Shown here: positions 43,510 to 54,959 of the stretch, in pieces
Numbering within the stretch: the first letter of the stretch is position 1
How the letters are laid out: the number at the start of each line of letters is the position of its first letter
Origin: an uncultured Chthonomonadaceae bacterium
GTDB lineage: Bacteria > Armatimonadota > Chthonomonadetes > Chthonomonadales > Chthonomonadaceae
Assembly: GCA_963817895.1 (NCBI GenBank)
Contig: CAWFQB010000001.1
Location: 352,001 to 416,000 of the forward strand
DNA length: 64,000 bases
Reading direction: 5' to 3'
Notes under the pieces: generated by a model
The model's input: only the letters and a program-made list of their open reading frames with translations
What the model was told of the DNA's origin: nothing
Database searches by the model: none
Translations under genes and position numbers: made by a program

Positions 43510-45363
43510 ATGGCACGAAAACGTTTTACACAGGAAGGGTCACAACCTTTTACTATCTTTTCTTCTCCATTCGCGTTCATTCGCGTTCATTCGCGGCTCT
43601 TCTCGTTTAGTGTGTTGGCGCTGGTTGCGGGCAGTGTTCTGGCGCAGGGCGGCAAGTCGGGTACGCCTGCCAAAGCGGCGGCAAGTACGGCTCCCGCTTA
43701 CAAGGACGTGCAGGCGGTGTTGAAGGCGCGGTGCGTGGTGTGCCACAGTCAGCAGATGTTGAGCAATACCGTGATTTCGGGCGGGCTGGCATTGGACACC
43801 TATGCGGCGGTGAAAAAGGGCGTTGTGGGGGACAAGGGCGGGCATGCCATTCTTGTGGCGGGCAAGAGCGAGGACAGCGAACTTATCAAGCGGCTGGTGG
43901 CGACAAGCCCGACGAAACTGATGCCCAAAGGCGGGCCTGCCCTTCCGCCCGCGCAAATCGCGCTGTTCAAAAAGTGGGTGGATGCGGGCGCTCCGGGGCC
44001 GGCGGGCGAGGAAGCCACTGCGAATCCGGGCGCGGACATTTTGCCCATGCCCGCGCTTGTCGGGACGCAGGATGTCAACTGGAAAACCCGGATTGCCCTC
44101 GCCCCGGACGTGCTGGGCAAAACCACGCCCAAAAACCCGATGCTGGCCTTTGCTTTCAAAATCGGGCCGCTGCCTCCGCTGACTGCTGTTGCCTTTGCGC
44201 CCGATGGCAAGCATCTGGCAGTTGGCGGGTATCGGGCGGTGACGCTGTGGGATATGGCGACGGGCAAGCCGACAGCCGCTCTAACGGGATTGTCCGGGCC
44301 GGTGCAGGCCCTCGCGTTTCGACCGGACGGCGCGCAGCTTGCGGTGGCGAGCGGCAATCCGGGCGTGTCGGGCGAAGTGAAAATCGTGGACGCCAAAACC
44401 TTGCTCAGCGCCGGCCCGATGCTGACGGGACATGCGGACGTTGTGTTCGGCGTGGCGTGGAACAGCAAGGGAACGCAGTTGGTTACGGGCAGTCAGGACA
44501 AAACGGCGCGAATATGGGAGTGGCCGACGGGCAAGGAAAAACTGGTTCTCAAAGACCATTCCGATGCCGTCACCAAAGTCTGCTTCGCGCCGGATGATAA
44601 ATCCGTGTATACCGCCAGCCTGGACCACAACGCGCGCCGTTTCGATGTGAATGACGGCAAAGTTCTGCGAGTGTTTACGGGACACGCGGACGGCATTACC
44701 GCGCTTGCCATCAACCTCAAAGGCGACCGGATTGTGACGGCAGGACCGGAACCGGAACTGCGCTGGTGGAATGTGGATACCGGGCGACGTAGCCACCAAT
44801 CAGGGCGGGCATGGCGGCGCGGTCAACGACATTGCGTTCAGCAAGGACGGCAAATTCGTCGCGTCCGGTTCGCCGACCATACCGTTCGCCTGTGGGACGG
44901 CAACAGCACGGGCGGGTTGCGCAGTCTGGAAGGCGCGAACGACTGGATGTACGCGGCTGCTATCAGCCCGGATGACAAGTTTGTGGCGGGCGTGGGCGCG
45001 GACGGTATCGCCAATCTATGGGAAGCGGCAAACGGGACGATTGCGCGTTTCGCTTGCCGCCTGGCCCCCGTCCGGCAAATCCACCGCTATCGAATACGCG
45101 GTCATCACGCCGGAAGGCTATTTCGACGCTTCGCCCGGATGGGCCGCGCGCCTGCATCCCGCAACTTGCCGGAGTGGATACGCCCCTGCCCAAACTCGCC
45201 GGTTGGGCGCAAACCCTGCGTCGCCGGAAAATGTCGTCAAGGGCTGGCAGGGCGCGGCTCTGGACCCCGCCAAAATCGAGCCGCCCAAACCGTTGTGCCG
45301 GCCCCGGCGGTTACGCCTGCTAAAACCTCTGCCGCGTCCCCCGCGCCAGATAAAAGCAAATGA
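43510..45363 (+). CDS. Planctomycete-type cytochrome c domain plus WD40 repeats; several local frameshifts 44780-45300
   Basis: CVVCH...MPKGG; GH...WD-type repeats. Confidence 0.82.
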   Translation: MARKRFTQEGSQPFTIFSSPFAFIRVHSRLFSFSVLALVAGSVLAQGGKSGTPAKAAASTAPAYKDVQAVLKARCVVCHSQQMLSNTVISGGLALDTYAAVKKGVVGDKGGHAILVAGKSEDSELIKRLVATSPTKLMPKGGPALPPAQIALFKKWVDAGAPGPAGEEATANPGADILPMPALVGTQDVNWKTRIALAPDVLGKTTPKNPMLAFAFKIGPLPPLTAVAFAPDGKHLAVGGYRAVTLWDMATGKPTAALTGLSGPVQALAFRPDGAQLAVASGNPGVSGEVKIVDAKTLLSAGPMLTGHADVVFGVAWNSKGTQLVTGSQDKTARIWEWPTGKEKLVLKDHSDAVTKVCFAPDDKSVYTASLDHNARRFDVNDGKVLRVFTGHADGITALAINLKGDRIVTAGPEPELRWWNVDTGRRSHQSGRAWRRGQRHCVQQGRQIRRVRFADHTVRLWDGNSTGGLRSLEGANDWMYAAAISPDDKFVAGVGADGIANLWEAANGTIARFACRLAPVRQIHRYRIRGHHAGRLFRRFARMGRAPASRNLPEWIRPCPNSPVGRKPCVAGKCRQGLAGRGSGPRQNRAAQTVVPAPAVTPAKTSAASPAPDKSK

Positions 45364-47671
45364 GAAACATCATGCTATCTTTGCGCCAGGGGTTGAAAAC
45401 CCCTGTCTATATGGCGTTCCGCCAGGCGTCCTACGGACGCCAATTCAGACAATAGATTGCGTCCGCAGGACGCTTGTTCTTTCCTGCCGGGTATTTTCAA
45501 TACCTGGCACTCTACTGGCGTTGCTGGCGTTGGCAGCCTGTGCGCAGGCGCAAACATCGTTCCCGATGCTGGGGGGCGCGTATCCGCTTGGGGTGCAGCG
45601 GGGCAAAACGGCGGAAGTAACCGTGTACGCGGGCGGCAATGGCGGCGCGAACCTGTATGGCGCGTATAAGGTTCTGGTGGAGGGCGCGGGCGTCAAGGCC
45701 GAAGTGGTTCTGCCCGAAAAAGGCTGGCCGGAAAAGCCCAAGCCCGATCCGAAAGACCCCAAAAAAGAGTGGGCATTGCCCGGAGTGGGCGAAATCAAAC
45801 TGCGCGTCACGGTTGCGCCGGATGCTCCGCTCGGCGTCCGCGAACTGCGAATCGCTACGCCGCGCATGGGACTGTCTACCATCGGCATGATCGTTGTCAG
45901 CGACGAGACGCAGGTTATGGAAGTGGAACCGAACAACGATGTGGCTCACGCCCAACCGATAACGCTGCCCTGCGACGTGAATGGCAAAATTCAGCAGGCC
46001 GAGGACGTGGACAGTTACAAGTTTACGGCTGCGGCGGGACAGGAAGCGGTTTTCGCCGTGCAGTCCGCCCGTATGCAGGACAAAATTCACGATTTGCAGG
46101 AACACGCCGACCCTGTATTGATACTGCGTGACGAAAAGGGCGTGGAAATCGCCCGCAACGACGACTACTATCGCGCCGACCCGCTCCTGCACTACAAGTT
46201 TGAAAAGGCCGGAACGTACATTGTGCAAATTCGCGACGTCAACTATCAGGGCAACGGCTTCTGGATGTACCGCCTGAGCATGACGACGCGGCCTTACGTT
46301 GTCGCCACTGTTCCCTGCGCCGTCAAACCCGGACAAAGCGCCGACCTGCGCATTTCCGGCTTTGGGCTAAACGGCGCGACAACCGCCCATGTTGACGTTC
46401 CCGCCAACACGCCCCCCGGCCTCTGGACAACCCCGCTCAAAGTGGGCGGCCAAAACTCCAATCTTGTTTCTCTCCTCGTCACCGACGCCCCGCAAGTGGT
46501 TGTCGAAAACACGCCCGCGCCGCCCGCTTCAACGACAAAAACAATCAACTATCAACCCTCAACTACCAACTCCTCATCCCTCATCCCTCATCCCTCATCC
46601 TTACACCTTCCCGGCGGCGTCAACTCTACCCTTTTGGCGACCGGGCAGATTGACCGCTATACCTTCACGGCGAAAAAGGGGACATCGTGGGGCTTTGAAG
46701 TGGCTTCGCGACGGCTGGACTCGGAAATGGACTCGGAGTTGAAATTGCGGGACGCGAAGGGGAATGTGCTGGCGGCAAACGACGACGCGCTCGGCAAGGA
46801 CTCGCGCATTGACTGGGGCTGTCCTGCCGACGGCGAGTATTCCATTGAGATACGCGACCTGACCGGGCATGGCGGCCCGACCTACTTTTACAATCTGACC
46901 GCCACGCCCCTGCGCCCCGATTTCAGCCTGAAATGCGATGGCGACCGGGCGATGATCGCGCCCGGAAACCGAACCGCGTGGTTTGTCATCGTGGACCGCA
47001 AATACGGTTTTGCCGGCGATGTGTCTGTGGAGTTGAAAGGGTTGCCGCCCGGAGTGACGGCCTCCCCGCTGACGCTTCCCCCGACGATGACACAGGGCGT
47101 GATTCTGCTCAGTGCCGCGCCGGACGCGAAAATTAATATGGCGGAAGCGCAGGTAGTCGGCGCGGCGCAACTGCCGGGAGCGGACGGCAAGCCTACAGCC
47201 GTAACCCGAGTCGCGCATCCGCTCTCGGAAATCTATCTTCCCGGCGGCGGCAGAGGGCTGTTGGAAGTGGATACGCAGGGGGTCGCCGTGACGGAACCGA
47301 ACGACATGGAGGTATCCGTCGCCAATCCCAACATCACCCTCAAACCCGGCGAAACCCTCAAAATTGATGTTACCATCAAGCGGCGTCCCGATTACGATAA
47401 AGCCGTGACACTGGACTTGCGCGTCAATCATCTTGGCGGCATTTTCACCAATCCCCTGCCGCCCGGAGTGACGGTAGAAGATGGCGCAACCATTCCCGAA
47501 GGCAAAACCACCGGCCAGATCACCCTCAAAGCCGCGCCGGACGCCAAACCCATCGCCAACTGGCCCCTTGCGGTCATGGCGAATTCCAGCGTCAACTTCG
47601 TCATGAAAGTCTGGTACGCCGCGCCCATTACGCTCACCATCCCCGCGCCTACTCCGCCTGCAAAGAAGTAA
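45360..47671 (+). CDS. Secreted pre-peptidase C-terminal (PPC) domain protein; start approximate
   Basis: PLGVQRG, EVEPNND, DVDSYKF, NDD motifs in ORF 44771..47671. Confidence 0.78.
45384..45508. repeat. REPIN-like inverted palindrome pair
   Basis: gccaggggttgaaaacccctg..gcgtcctacggacgc / gcgtccgcaggacgc..gccgggtattttcaatacctggc. Confidence 0.6.
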
Positions 47672-47806
47672 GAAAGCGGATTCAGCCGCAAATGAACGCG
47701 AATACACGCAAATAAAGTTAAGATCATACGCCGAATAAAATTATGTCGGCAATATGAATTCTTCTCATTTGCGTGTATTCGCGTTCATTTGCGGCTAACT
47801 ACTCCT

Positions 47807-49810
47807 CTACAAAGCGTTGCTTGCAGGTCTATGATCTGTCGGCGGAATGTCGGAAGTTCCGGGCTGATCGGTGTCACACGCGAAGGTGTTTCCCGCGAGA
47901 ATGACAACTGGCGCAACGCCATCCGAACCTCCATTTGACGTTTGCCCATCACCGACGCGCAGGGGAGTTATCTGCGCGTTCTCCACTTCCACATGTACCG
48001 GCAAGCCATTGCCCGCATGAGTGGCGTGGCCGTTACCGGTCCCGGCAATAGCGGCCTGCGCGTTTCCGCGTTCCACAATTGCAGCCTGTTCAGCGGGATG
48101 TTCAGGGTAGGACGGCGATTCAGAGCCGTCGGGAGTTGGTTTCCGGCCCTGATTCTCCTGCTCGCGTTGCTCAATGATATGCTGGAAACTCTCGCGCAGG
48201 GCGGGCAGATGCTCGATGAGTTCACTGAGGTCTTTTTTGGGAACGCTCAATACATCCAGCGGCTCTACGGCGCGAATGGTAGCCGTGCGCGTGGTCTGGT
48301 TCAGCAGCGCCATCTCCCCGAAGAATTGTCCCGCCTGTAGGGTGACGATTTTACGCGCGAAACCGTCATCCATGCGAATCACGTCGCAACTGCCCTTCTT
48401 GATAATGTACAGCCGGTCGCCAATGTCGCCCTGATTGAAAATCACCTGTCCGGGTTCGTAATGCTCCTGCACCACGCCCCGCGTCTCTTCCAGTCGCAGT
48501 TCCACAATATCCTGCGGCAGCACCTGGCTCATCAGCCAGGCGGTAGCCGTGCGAACTTTGCGATCCCATCCGGGCATTTTCATCAGATACACGCCCCGCC
48601 ACATCAGCCAGGCTACCACGCCGCTCAATCGAAACCCGAATACCTGCGCTACAGCGGAGTGGTGGCCGAGCGCGCCCATGTTTCCCAACCCCTTGAAGCC
48701 AAATGTTTTTTTACGGGCATTGCGAATGGTCGCCACGATGTTGTAGGCGCAGACTTCACCTTGCCGCACGGCATGTTGCGCGGTCGGCGGGCAATGCGTG
48801 GCTCCCGTTGGATCGTTGGGATCGGGAATAGCCGCGCAGTCGCCGACCGCCCAGATATGGTCGCTATCCTTGACCTGAAGCGTCGTGTCGGTGAGAACGC
48901 GATGGCGTTTGTCTTTGGGCAAATTCAGGGATTCTATGATTGGATTGGGGCTGCTGGGAACCGTAGAAACCAATGTTCGCGTCGGGATTCCCTCAATTTC
49001 ATTCGTATCCTTGTGCTTGACAATGGCTTCCGTGCCAGTGGCGGCAGTGAGCAGGCTGGAAAAGCGAATATCCACGCCGGCATTCTGCAACACGCGCTGC
49101 GCCAGCACGCGCAGACTGGGAACCAGTTGTTCCAGAATGGTGTCGCCGGCATGGAGCAAAATGATGCGAACATCCTCTGCCTTGAGACTGCGATAGGTAT
49201 GCAGCGTACCCCGCACCAGGCTGTTGATTTCCGCCACGCACTCCACGCCGCTCCACCCGCCACCCGCTACAACAAACGTCAGCAGGGCCTGGCGGACAAA
49301 AGGGTCGTCTTCGATGGCTGCCTCTTCCAGCGCATGAATCACGCGATGGCGCAGGCGCAGCGCGTCCTCCATTGTTTTGAAGGGGAGGGCGTGCTGTGTC
49401 AGGCCTGTCATGCCCCGAAAGTCCGTGACATTGCCAAGCCCCAGAACCAGGTAATCGTAGTCAATCCGATGCGGCACGGGAACGATGCCCGGACTGGTGG
49501 TAATGACTTTATTTTCCAGATCAACATGTTCGATGTCGCGCACCAGGACGGTTGTTTTGCGCAACAGTTGCCGCAGCGGGCTGACAGTATCGAAGACGCC
49601 GACGTTGCCGGAAATGATCTCGGCGAGCATCGGCTGGTACACGAAATAGTTTTCGCGGTTGATGAGAATGATCTCGTAGTCGTCGTGCCAGGAGAGCAGT
49701 TTCTCCAGTTTCATGGCCGCGTACAGGCCGCCGAACCCAGCGCCCATAATCACGATGCGCTTTTTGTCGGCAACGACCATTTTATTCGAGGCAACCAGTT
49801 GTGTGTGCAT
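47807..49810 (-). CDS. Type II NADH dehydrogenase-like FAD oxidoreductase fused to a cyclic-nucleotide-binding domain
   Basis: GAGFGG, YQPML, VAGGGWSGVE, WAVGDCA, PPTAQHAVRQG; FFGEMALL...RTATIRA. Confidence 0.88.
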   Translation of the reverse strand: MHTQLVASNKMVVADKKRIVIMGAGFGGLYAAMKLEKLLSWHDDYEIILINRENYFVYQPMLAEIISGNVGVFDTVSPLRQLLRKTTVLVRDIEHVDLENKVITTSPGIVPVPHRIDYDYLVLGLGNVTDFRGMTGLTQHALPFKTMEDALRLRHRVIHALEEAAIEDDPFVRQALLTFVVAGGGWSGVECVAEINSLVRGTLHTYRSLKAEDVRIILLHAGDTILEQLVPSLRVLAQRVLQNAGVDIRFSSLLTAATGTEAIVKHKDTNEIEGIPTRTLVSTVPSSPNPIIESLNLPKDKRHRVLTDTTLQVKDSDHIWAVGDCAAIPDPNDPTGATHCPPTAQHAVRQGEVCAYNIVATIRNARKKTFGFKGLGNMGALGHHSAVAQVFGFRLSGVVAWLMWRGVYLMKMPGWDRKVRTATAWLMSQVLPQDIVELRLEETRGVVQEHYEPGQVIFNQGDIGDRLYIIKKGSCDVIRMDDGFARKIVTLQAGQFFGEMALLNQTTRTATIRAVEPLDVLSVPKKDLSELIEHLPALRESFQHIIEQREQENQGRKPTPDGSESPSYPEHPAEQAAIVERGNAQAAIAGTGNGHATHAGNGLPVHVEVENAQITPLRVGDGQTSNGGSDGVAPVVILAGNTFACDTDQPGTSDIPPTDHRPASNAL

Positions 49811-49959
49811 AATATTCAAACTTCCTCATCGGAAGAGGCAGGCGTTTCTTTCTGCTGATGTCCGTAGAATGTCACGGCGGGAGAACGGACAACCGGTTCA
49901 AGAAACCCCTGCCGATACAGGAAGCGCGGTAAAGAGAGCAAGTCTGACCGGACGCGCTT

Positions 49960-51225
49960 CTACTGAAAACTCGGATGCTTTACTTTGGTCAGCAGCCAGA
50001 GTATAGGCATAACCGCCATGAAGGACCAGAAAATCGCGGCAACGATAGCCCGCGTTACAGCGACATCCAGTTGTTTGGCCTGCACGGTATGCGACACGTT
50101 AGCCTGCATCCGTCCGAACTCGCTGCTCAGGTTGTTGGAGAACAGCACCACCAGGAAGGCGCCAATCGGGTACAGATGGGGAATTTCCGCCCAACCGAAG
50201 TCCATGACCATCAGTTTGGTGAACACATACACCATCATCAGACACCACACGCGGCAGAACACGCCCACCATCAGCAGGAAGCCCGTCAGCACTTCGGCAA
50301 TCGCGAAGCCCAGAATCCAGCACTCGCGCTGATGGTTTTGCATGTAGGCCGGGGAGTTGGCAACGGCATTAGCCCAGGGCTGATGGCCCGTGCCATACCA
50401 GAACATCTGGATCATAGGATCGTGCATGACAGCCGGGAAATTGTCCGCTACGCCCACAGACAGGTAATAGTTGTAAATTTTCATCCAGCCGAGCGCGAAG
50501 AAGCCGAAGCCCAGCACGATGCGAACCCACCGCATTTGTCCGGGCGTGATCGTGGTAATCGCCTGCTTCCACGAGTCCCAACTTGCGGAAACGTAGACCA
50601 CCCCGACCGTCAGCACGGGCAGCACGTCTACAGCGATTTTCCAATCGAAGGCGAACAGCAGATAGATAAAGGTGCCGAAGATGGTCGCGCCGCCGAGCGG
50701 CAGGAAACTTTGCGTCAAAATCCCGATAGCCATGACAACCTGCACGATTTGAAACAGAAAGCGCGTTTTGGGTTCCAGCGGATAACTGGGCATCACCAGC
50801 GCGTTGTTGGCAGCGGAAAACATCAACACGAGAGCCGGACAGCGCAGGAAAAATACCACGACCCACTTGCTCAGGGCGGTAAATTTTGGCGCGCGAACGG
50901 GCTTATCGAACACAAAAGCGGCGGCGTACTCCACGTAATCCTGCAATTGCAGGCTCACGCGGGGAAAAATGCGGTCAATGATAAAGTTGTAAACCGGTTC
51001 CCGCATGAACCAGACAAACAGCATGGCCGCCATCATCACCATCACGCGGGTGGCAATGTTGAGCATATCGCCGTTCAAATGTTTGAAGAATTCTTCATCA
51101 ATGGGCCATTTGGCGGCGTGGGGAATAAATCGCTCGTGAGCCAGAGCCGCGCAGGGCAGCAGCAGCAGCATGACGGCGGCCCAAACAGTTCGTTTTCCAG
51201 AAAGCAGGCGCTTAATAATATCCAT
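49960..51225 (-). CDS. Multi-pass membrane protein (DoxX-like C-terminal half)
   Basis: Signal ending ALA-HERF; many TM helices; GWAEIPHLYPIG. Confidence 0.7.
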   Translation of the reverse strand: MDIIKRLLSGKRTVWAAVMLLLLPCAALAHERFIPHAAKWPIDEEFFKHLNGDMLNIATRVMVMMAAMLFVWFMREPVYNFIIDRIFPRVSLQLQDYVEYAAAFVFDKPVRAPKFTALSKWVVVFFLRCPALVLMFSAANNALVMPSYPLEPKTRFLFQIVQVVMAIGILTQSFLPLGGATIFGTFIYLLFAFDWKIAVDVLPVLTVGVVYVSASWDSWKQAITTITPGQMRWVRIVLGFGFFALGWMKIYNYYLSVGVADNFPAVMHDPMIQMFWYGTGHQPWANAVANSPAYMQNHQRECWILGFAIAEVLTGFLLMVGVFCRVWCLMMVYVFTKLMVMDFGWAEIPHLYPIGAFLVVLFSNNLSSEFGRMQANVSHTVQAKQLDVAVTRAIVAAIFWSFMAVMPILWLLTKVKHPSFQ

Positions 51226-51300
51226 CAGGTCACTCCCTGGCATGATTGCCGAAAAGGACAAAACACTAAAATCAAGTCAATACTGGTCCGTCCGGGCAGA

Positions 51301-52149
51301 TTACTGAAGCACGGCGATGTGCATCTCTTTGGGAACGTAGCCGATGCGGCGCAGCACTTTGAGAACTTGCGCCAAATCTGTGGGCTTTTTGTCCTCAAAT
51401 TCCAGTGTCAGGCCATCGAGTTCCACATTGGCGTTTTTCAGCGAAGGCAGTTCCTTCAGGTCGTCATACAGCGGGTTATCCCGACTGCGGTCGCAAATTT
51501 TGCCGACTGCGCTTGTGCATGTTGGGCAACACAGATGCGGCAGAATGATGTGAAGATTGAAGTGCGGGATATTTTTCACCTTGAATTTTTCCAGCGCCAA
51601 TCCTTCCACTTCAATATCCCGATAGATTTTCATCAGGTCAATGATGCCTGCCTGCGTCGCGTCCATATCCGCAATGACTTCACCATAATAGGTGGGCGAG
51701 GGGTGAGGCTTAACCGTTTGGGCTTCCTGCTGTGTCTGCAAAGACAACGCCGTCTGCGGCGCGCGCATATCCTGTGTCGTCACAGGCTGCTGCATGGACA
51801 TCGGCAGAGTTGTCGCAGGCGGCGTTGTCGCAGAGGGCGTTGTCACAGGTAACGTTGTCGCAGAGGGTGTTGTGGTGGATTGTGTGGAATGATCCATTGT
51901 CAGGGCGTCACCTGTATACAGCATAGGGTTGGTCAGCCAGGATTGCTTCTTGACGGCCTGATACACATTGTCAAAACAGCCCCCGCAACATAAATGGTTG
52001 AGGCCGAAAATAATCTGCGGCTTTGTGGCGGAGCCGGCCCCGGTGGTTCGCTCGGGGTGAACGTTGAATCTCAGGTCGATGACTATCAGCATTACCGCCC
52101 ATAGAATCATCATAATCAGCACTTGTTGGGTACGGCCAAGTCCGGGCAT
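51301..52149 (-). CDS. Membrane-anchored protein with two HMA-like HLCCxxC motifs
   Basis: LNHLCCGGC and LPHLCCPTC; 15-bp tandem repeat linker 51809-51873. Confidence 0.65.
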   Translation of the reverse strand: MPGLGRTQQVLIMMILWAVMLIVIDLRFNVHPERTTGAGSATKPQIIFGLNHLCCGGCFDNVYQAVKKQSWLTNPMLYTGDALTMDHSTQSTTTPSATTLPVTTPSATTPPATTLPMSMQQPVTTQDMRAPQTALSLQTQQEAQTVKPHPSPTYYGEVIADMDATQAGIIDLMKIYRDIEVEGLALEKFKVKNIPHFNLHIILPHLCCPTCTSAVGKICDRSRDNPLYDDLKELPSLKNANVELDGLTLEFEDKKPTDLAQVLKVLRRIGYVPKEMHIAVLQ

Positions 52150-52411
52150 GGATTATCCTCCTGTGTGGAAAGTGAGAAGTCTCTCATCTATAGATACAAA
52201 TATGATTACACATTTTTACGATTTTTCCTGTGATACACCTCATAGTTGAAAAAAAAATCTCCTCAGCGCGGGAGATAAGCGGCACAGGCTCCGGCGGGGA
52301 GAAGAAGGAAGAGTAGGTTGTTAGGTTGTTAGGTTTTGAAGCCATCAGCGAGTTGCAGGCGCATATCTTGCGAAACTAGCAACTTAACAACCTAACAACC
52401 TAACAACCTAA

Positions 52412-53203
52412 CTACGGGGAGTCCAGCACAAATTTCGCGGTCAGCGGCTGCGTGGAACCGGGTTCGTTGGAGCCATAAATGAACAGCGTGTAAGGCAGGG
52501 AACCGGCCAGATTGACGTTGTCCAATTGCAGCAGCAGATTACGGTTGTTGTCGCGAATCAGAATGGTATACACGCCCGCTGTCTGCACCACGTAGTTGTT
52601 GGTGTTGATGTTAGGCTGAATCTGTGTGCCATTATAGCCGTAAGGATTGCTGGCAATAAAGATAACTTCCGCGCCACTCTGCACATCCGGCGAAATCCCG
52701 GTCACGAAGATGGAGGGAATAGAAGCCGAGGGAGACAGGTTCAGCGTCCGCACGGCCACTTTGTCCGGGGGCAGGTTGGCCGGGATTTTATCGTCAATGG
52801 CGATGACCTGCGGCACATAAGGGCCGCTTGTCTGCCCGATTTGTCCGATGGCGGCAAGCGTGTAGTTGGTTCCGGCGGCCAGTTTCAGCGTGTTCTGCGC
52901 AAGCGTTTGTCCGCCTGCGCTGGCCGTTGTGCCGGTCACCTGCGCGCTGGTTGCAGTCACATACTTGCCGGCCGTTCCGAGCGCGAGGCTCTGCTGGGTG
53001 TAGCCCGCGCTGGTGATGTCTACGGGCGTGTTGCCGGAAACTCCAAGCAGGCCGTTGAACGACCGAACGCGGCTGGTAGTGGTTGCGGGAAGATTTCCCA
53101 GAGGATTGGTGCCGTTACCATCGCCCCCACATCCGGTCAGGCCGAATGTGAGCGCGGCGACAGCGGCGCAAGCCGTATGCAGTACATAGCGGCGGGAATA
53201 CAT
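52412..53203 (-). CDS. DUF4397-like lipoprotein
   Basis: SRR...LTGC lipobox; VRSFNG, YTLAAIG, VRTLNLSP. Confidence 0.7.
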   Translation of the reverse strand: MYSRRYVLHTACAAVAALTFGLTGCGGDGNGTNPLGNLPATTTSRVRSFNGLLGVSGNTPVDITSAGYTQQSLALGTAGKYVTATSAQVTGTTASAGGQTLAQNTLKLAAGTNYTLAAIGQIGQTSGPYVPQVIAIDDKIPANLPPDKVAVRTLNLSPSASIPSIFVTGISPDVQSGAEVIFIASNPYGYNGTQIQPNINTNNYVVQTAGVYTILIRDNNRNLLLQLDNVNLAGSLPYTLFIYGSNEPGSTQPLTAKFVLDSP

Positions 53204-53280
53204 AGCGCAGTCTCCTGAAGTAGCTAGTAGCTAGTAGCTAGTGGCCGGTAGTCTGTCAAAGTAAAATGTTTGAGTAGTTT

Positions 53281-53340
53281 GTAGGGGTTCTGCTTGCTGA
53301 ACCCTCCTCAGAACAGGGCGCGGCAAGCAGCGCCCCCTAC
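53281..53340. repeat. GTAG-type REP doublet
   Basis: GTAGGGGTTCTGCTTGCTGAACCC ... GGGCGCGGCAAGCAGCGCCCCCTAC. Confidence 0.65.
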
Positions 53341-53442
53341 GCCTGCCTTCTACCTGACGGATTACCAGTGGCTGGTGAATGGTTTGCGCCAGGCAGGGCT
53401 GTATAACAATCTCTGCCTGGCACACAGTATAGGAAGCGCCGG

Positions 53443-54898
53443 TTACAGCGACAGGAGGAAGTTGATCAAATCCTGCTTGCTGTCTTCGGGCAGATTGCGG
53501 AACGCGAGCGCGGCGGGATGCCCTTCGCTGTCCGTGTCATTGCCATAGTTGTCATGCCGCTCGATGGCTTCGCGCAGCGCGCTGGCCTGTGACTGGTTGG
53601 CGGTGACGCGCCCGTCGTGCAGATGGGGCGGCCCGACCAGGCCGATGCCCATAAGGGGCGCGGTGCGGAACTGGCGGCCATCCGCGCGTCCCTGACCCGG
53701 CAGAGTGTTATCGGCAAGCGCCGCGCCCATGTCATGCAGCAGGAAGTCGCCGAACGGATAGAACCGCTTGTTGCTCAGGTGGCTTCCGCCCAGTCGGGCT
53801 GGTGACGCGCCCGTAATCATCATGGGCGTATGGCAGCCGGAGCAGTTGAGCATACGGTCTTGCGCAATGCCATGCGGCTGCGTGTAATCCACGCCGAACA
53901 GGATACGGCCCCGGTCTTCGGAAGAGCCGACCGCGAATGTGCCGCGTTCCGGGGGAGCAATCAGGCGAATCAGGGTGCGCAAATCGCGCAGATTGTTGGC
54001 CGTGAGTCCGGGGGACGGAACGGGCGCAGGATTGGGCGTATTGTTGTTGGCGCCGGGCGTAAAGGGACTGGTCAGGCCGATTTCGCCGTTTGTGCCGCCC
54101 GTGTCGAACTGTTCCAGGGAGGGACCTGCCGCGCGCAGACCAAAGCGGCCCAGGCGAACGACGGGGCTGCCGCCGATCAGCGCGGAAGCCTCGCTGGCGC
54201 GGTTTTCAAAGCCTTCGTGTCCCAGGCCATTAACGGACGGGTCTTTGAGGGCAAGGATGGCGGAATCAGGGATGCCTTCGATCAGGCCGCGCCCGATGTA
54301 GGGCGGGGCCGCGCGCATACCCGACACGCGCACAAACGGAGCGCCCGGAAGGGGCGGCATTTGCTGCGGCGGGAAGCCTGCTACCTGATGGCGGTGGAAG
54401 ACGGGGCCACCCGCATCGCGCGCGGGGGTTGAATTCGCCGGTAGCGGGATTGAAATCGCCGAAGATCGTAAAAGCGTCTTCCGTGCGGGCGCGGGATACA
54501 GGCGTGGCCGGGTTGCCGGAACGCTGCGCCATGTGGCATCCCAGACAGTTGCGCTGATTGAAATACGGGCCTTCGCCGTCGAACGCATCGGTTCGCTCTG
54601 CGGTGAACAGGTTCAGGCCGCGCTGAACCGCGGCGCGCTCTTCAGCAGTGGCGCTGGGAAAGACAAGGCCGTCTACGGAGAGCGTTCTGCCGAATTTATC
54701 GCGCGGCATGAATTCCGCGTCCACCACTTTGGTCGGGTCGGTAGGACCGGCCAGGCTGCTGATGTCGGTGTCGCCAATTGTGGACTGATTGTTCACGGCG
54801 CTGCCGCCGCCCTGACAGCCCACAACCGCCACGCCCATCAGAACCGAAGTCAAGCCGAGCAGACCGCCCCACACGAGTTTCAAACGTGGGTGTTGCAT
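53443..54898 (-). CDS. Di-haem oxidoreductase family (DHOR) lipoprotein; frameshift near 54422
   Basis: VVGC lipobox; GPYFNQRNCLGCH, GRFG, CSGCHTP, DFLLHDMG, FRTAPLMG, LHDGR. Confidence 0.85.
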
Positions 54899-54959
54899 TG
54901 TATTACTCCTCTTTTTTGCTTCATTTATCTTGAATGAAAACTTCGAGAATGAAACGCGC

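Noticed and set aside
49975..51852. Long antisense ORFs (e.g. 49975..51852, 61216..62979, 48461..49858, 23426..24448)
   Set aside because: Shadow ORFs of well-supported genes on the opposite strand, expected at high GC.
51809..51873. 15-bp tandem repeat
   Set aside because: An in-frame Thr/Pro linker (TTPSA-like units), an ordinary low-complexity region.
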